IMG/VR virus record: IMGVR_UViG_3300009093_000005
Length of the DNA: 64,000 bases
Direction: 5' to 3' (one strand)
Source of the DNA: a virus
The position numbers and the translations under genes were made by a program. Numbering within the stretch: the first letter of the stretch is position 1; the number at the start of each line of letters is the position of its first letter. Below the pieces are notes generated by a model. That model saw nothing but the letters and a program-made list of their open reading frames with translations, ran no database searches and was not told where the DNA came from. Shown in pieces: positions 63,814 to 64,000 of this stretch.

Positions 63814-63864
63814 CAAACGAACGGACTACGGGTTAAGTTTACCTCAGTGCTGTGGCCCCGTATG

Positions 63865-63999
63865 CTACACAGCACCGGACTCCCGCAAGATGTCATCTTC
63901 GCTTTTTAACTTGCCTTCGTGGTCGATCCACGCAACCTCCTCGCCTTTCTGGATGGACACGGCGCATCGTTTCGTCTTAACGTTCGCGACGATCGAGCG
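63865..63999 (-). CDS. Hypothetical protein, 3' part only (enters from right edge)
   Basis: Open frame ...RSIVANVKTK...RESGAV* ending at TAG 63865. Confidence 0.45.
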   Translation of the reverse strand, partial: RSIVANVKTKRCAVSIQKGEEVAWIDHEGKLKSEDDILRESGAV

Positions 64000-64000
64000 C

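Noticed and set aside
1-64000. tRNA, rRNA, integrase, repressor, IS elements, stop-codon reassignment
   Set aside because: No cloverleaf or T-loop pattern noticed in the short intergenic gaps (not formally scanned); no recombinase or transposase motifs; genes are full length under the standard code

Overview
The whole window is one bacteriophage genome segment. Gene content and order match a lytic, contractile-tailed PB1/BcepF1-like myovirus (Lindbergviridae-type); this assignment rests on motifs and synteny, not on a database search. Layout: (1) 1-3.5 kb leftward small early genes, four of which share an identical 16-bp translation-start repeat. (2) 3.7-32.5 kb rightward virion operon: portal with a C-terminal inorganic-pyrophosphatase-like domain, MuF, protease/scaffold, decoration protein, major capsid, neck, sheath, tube, an inserted 1009-aa repeat-rich fibre plus chaperone, tape measure with transglycosylase domain, baseplate, second fibre, GH19 endolysin. 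(3) 32.8-54.5 kb leftward replication/nucleotide arm: ligase, NUDIX, holin, SSB-like protein, SNF2 helicase, nuclease, DnaE-type polymerase, DEDDh exonuclease, an enzyme block (VOC, SDR, Nmad1/DUF6378-like, two HAD phosphatases, divergent ThyX, Glf-like flavoenzyme), mosaic accessory genes and a RecD/Dda-like helicase. (4) 54.7-59.1 kb rightward primase, VapE-like ATPase and probable small terminase. (5) 59.2-64 kb leftward small genes including HNH and MazG. No integrase, tRNA, CRISPR array or large terminase was seen. The best candidate for an undescribed system is the 43.4-49.0 kb block, which looks like a pre-replicative pyrimidine hypermodification pathway co-oriented with the phage polymerase. 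The second is a duplicated ~95-bp non-coding element upstream of two late units (candidate phage-specific late promoter). Product names come from recalled family motifs and need HMM or structure confirmation.
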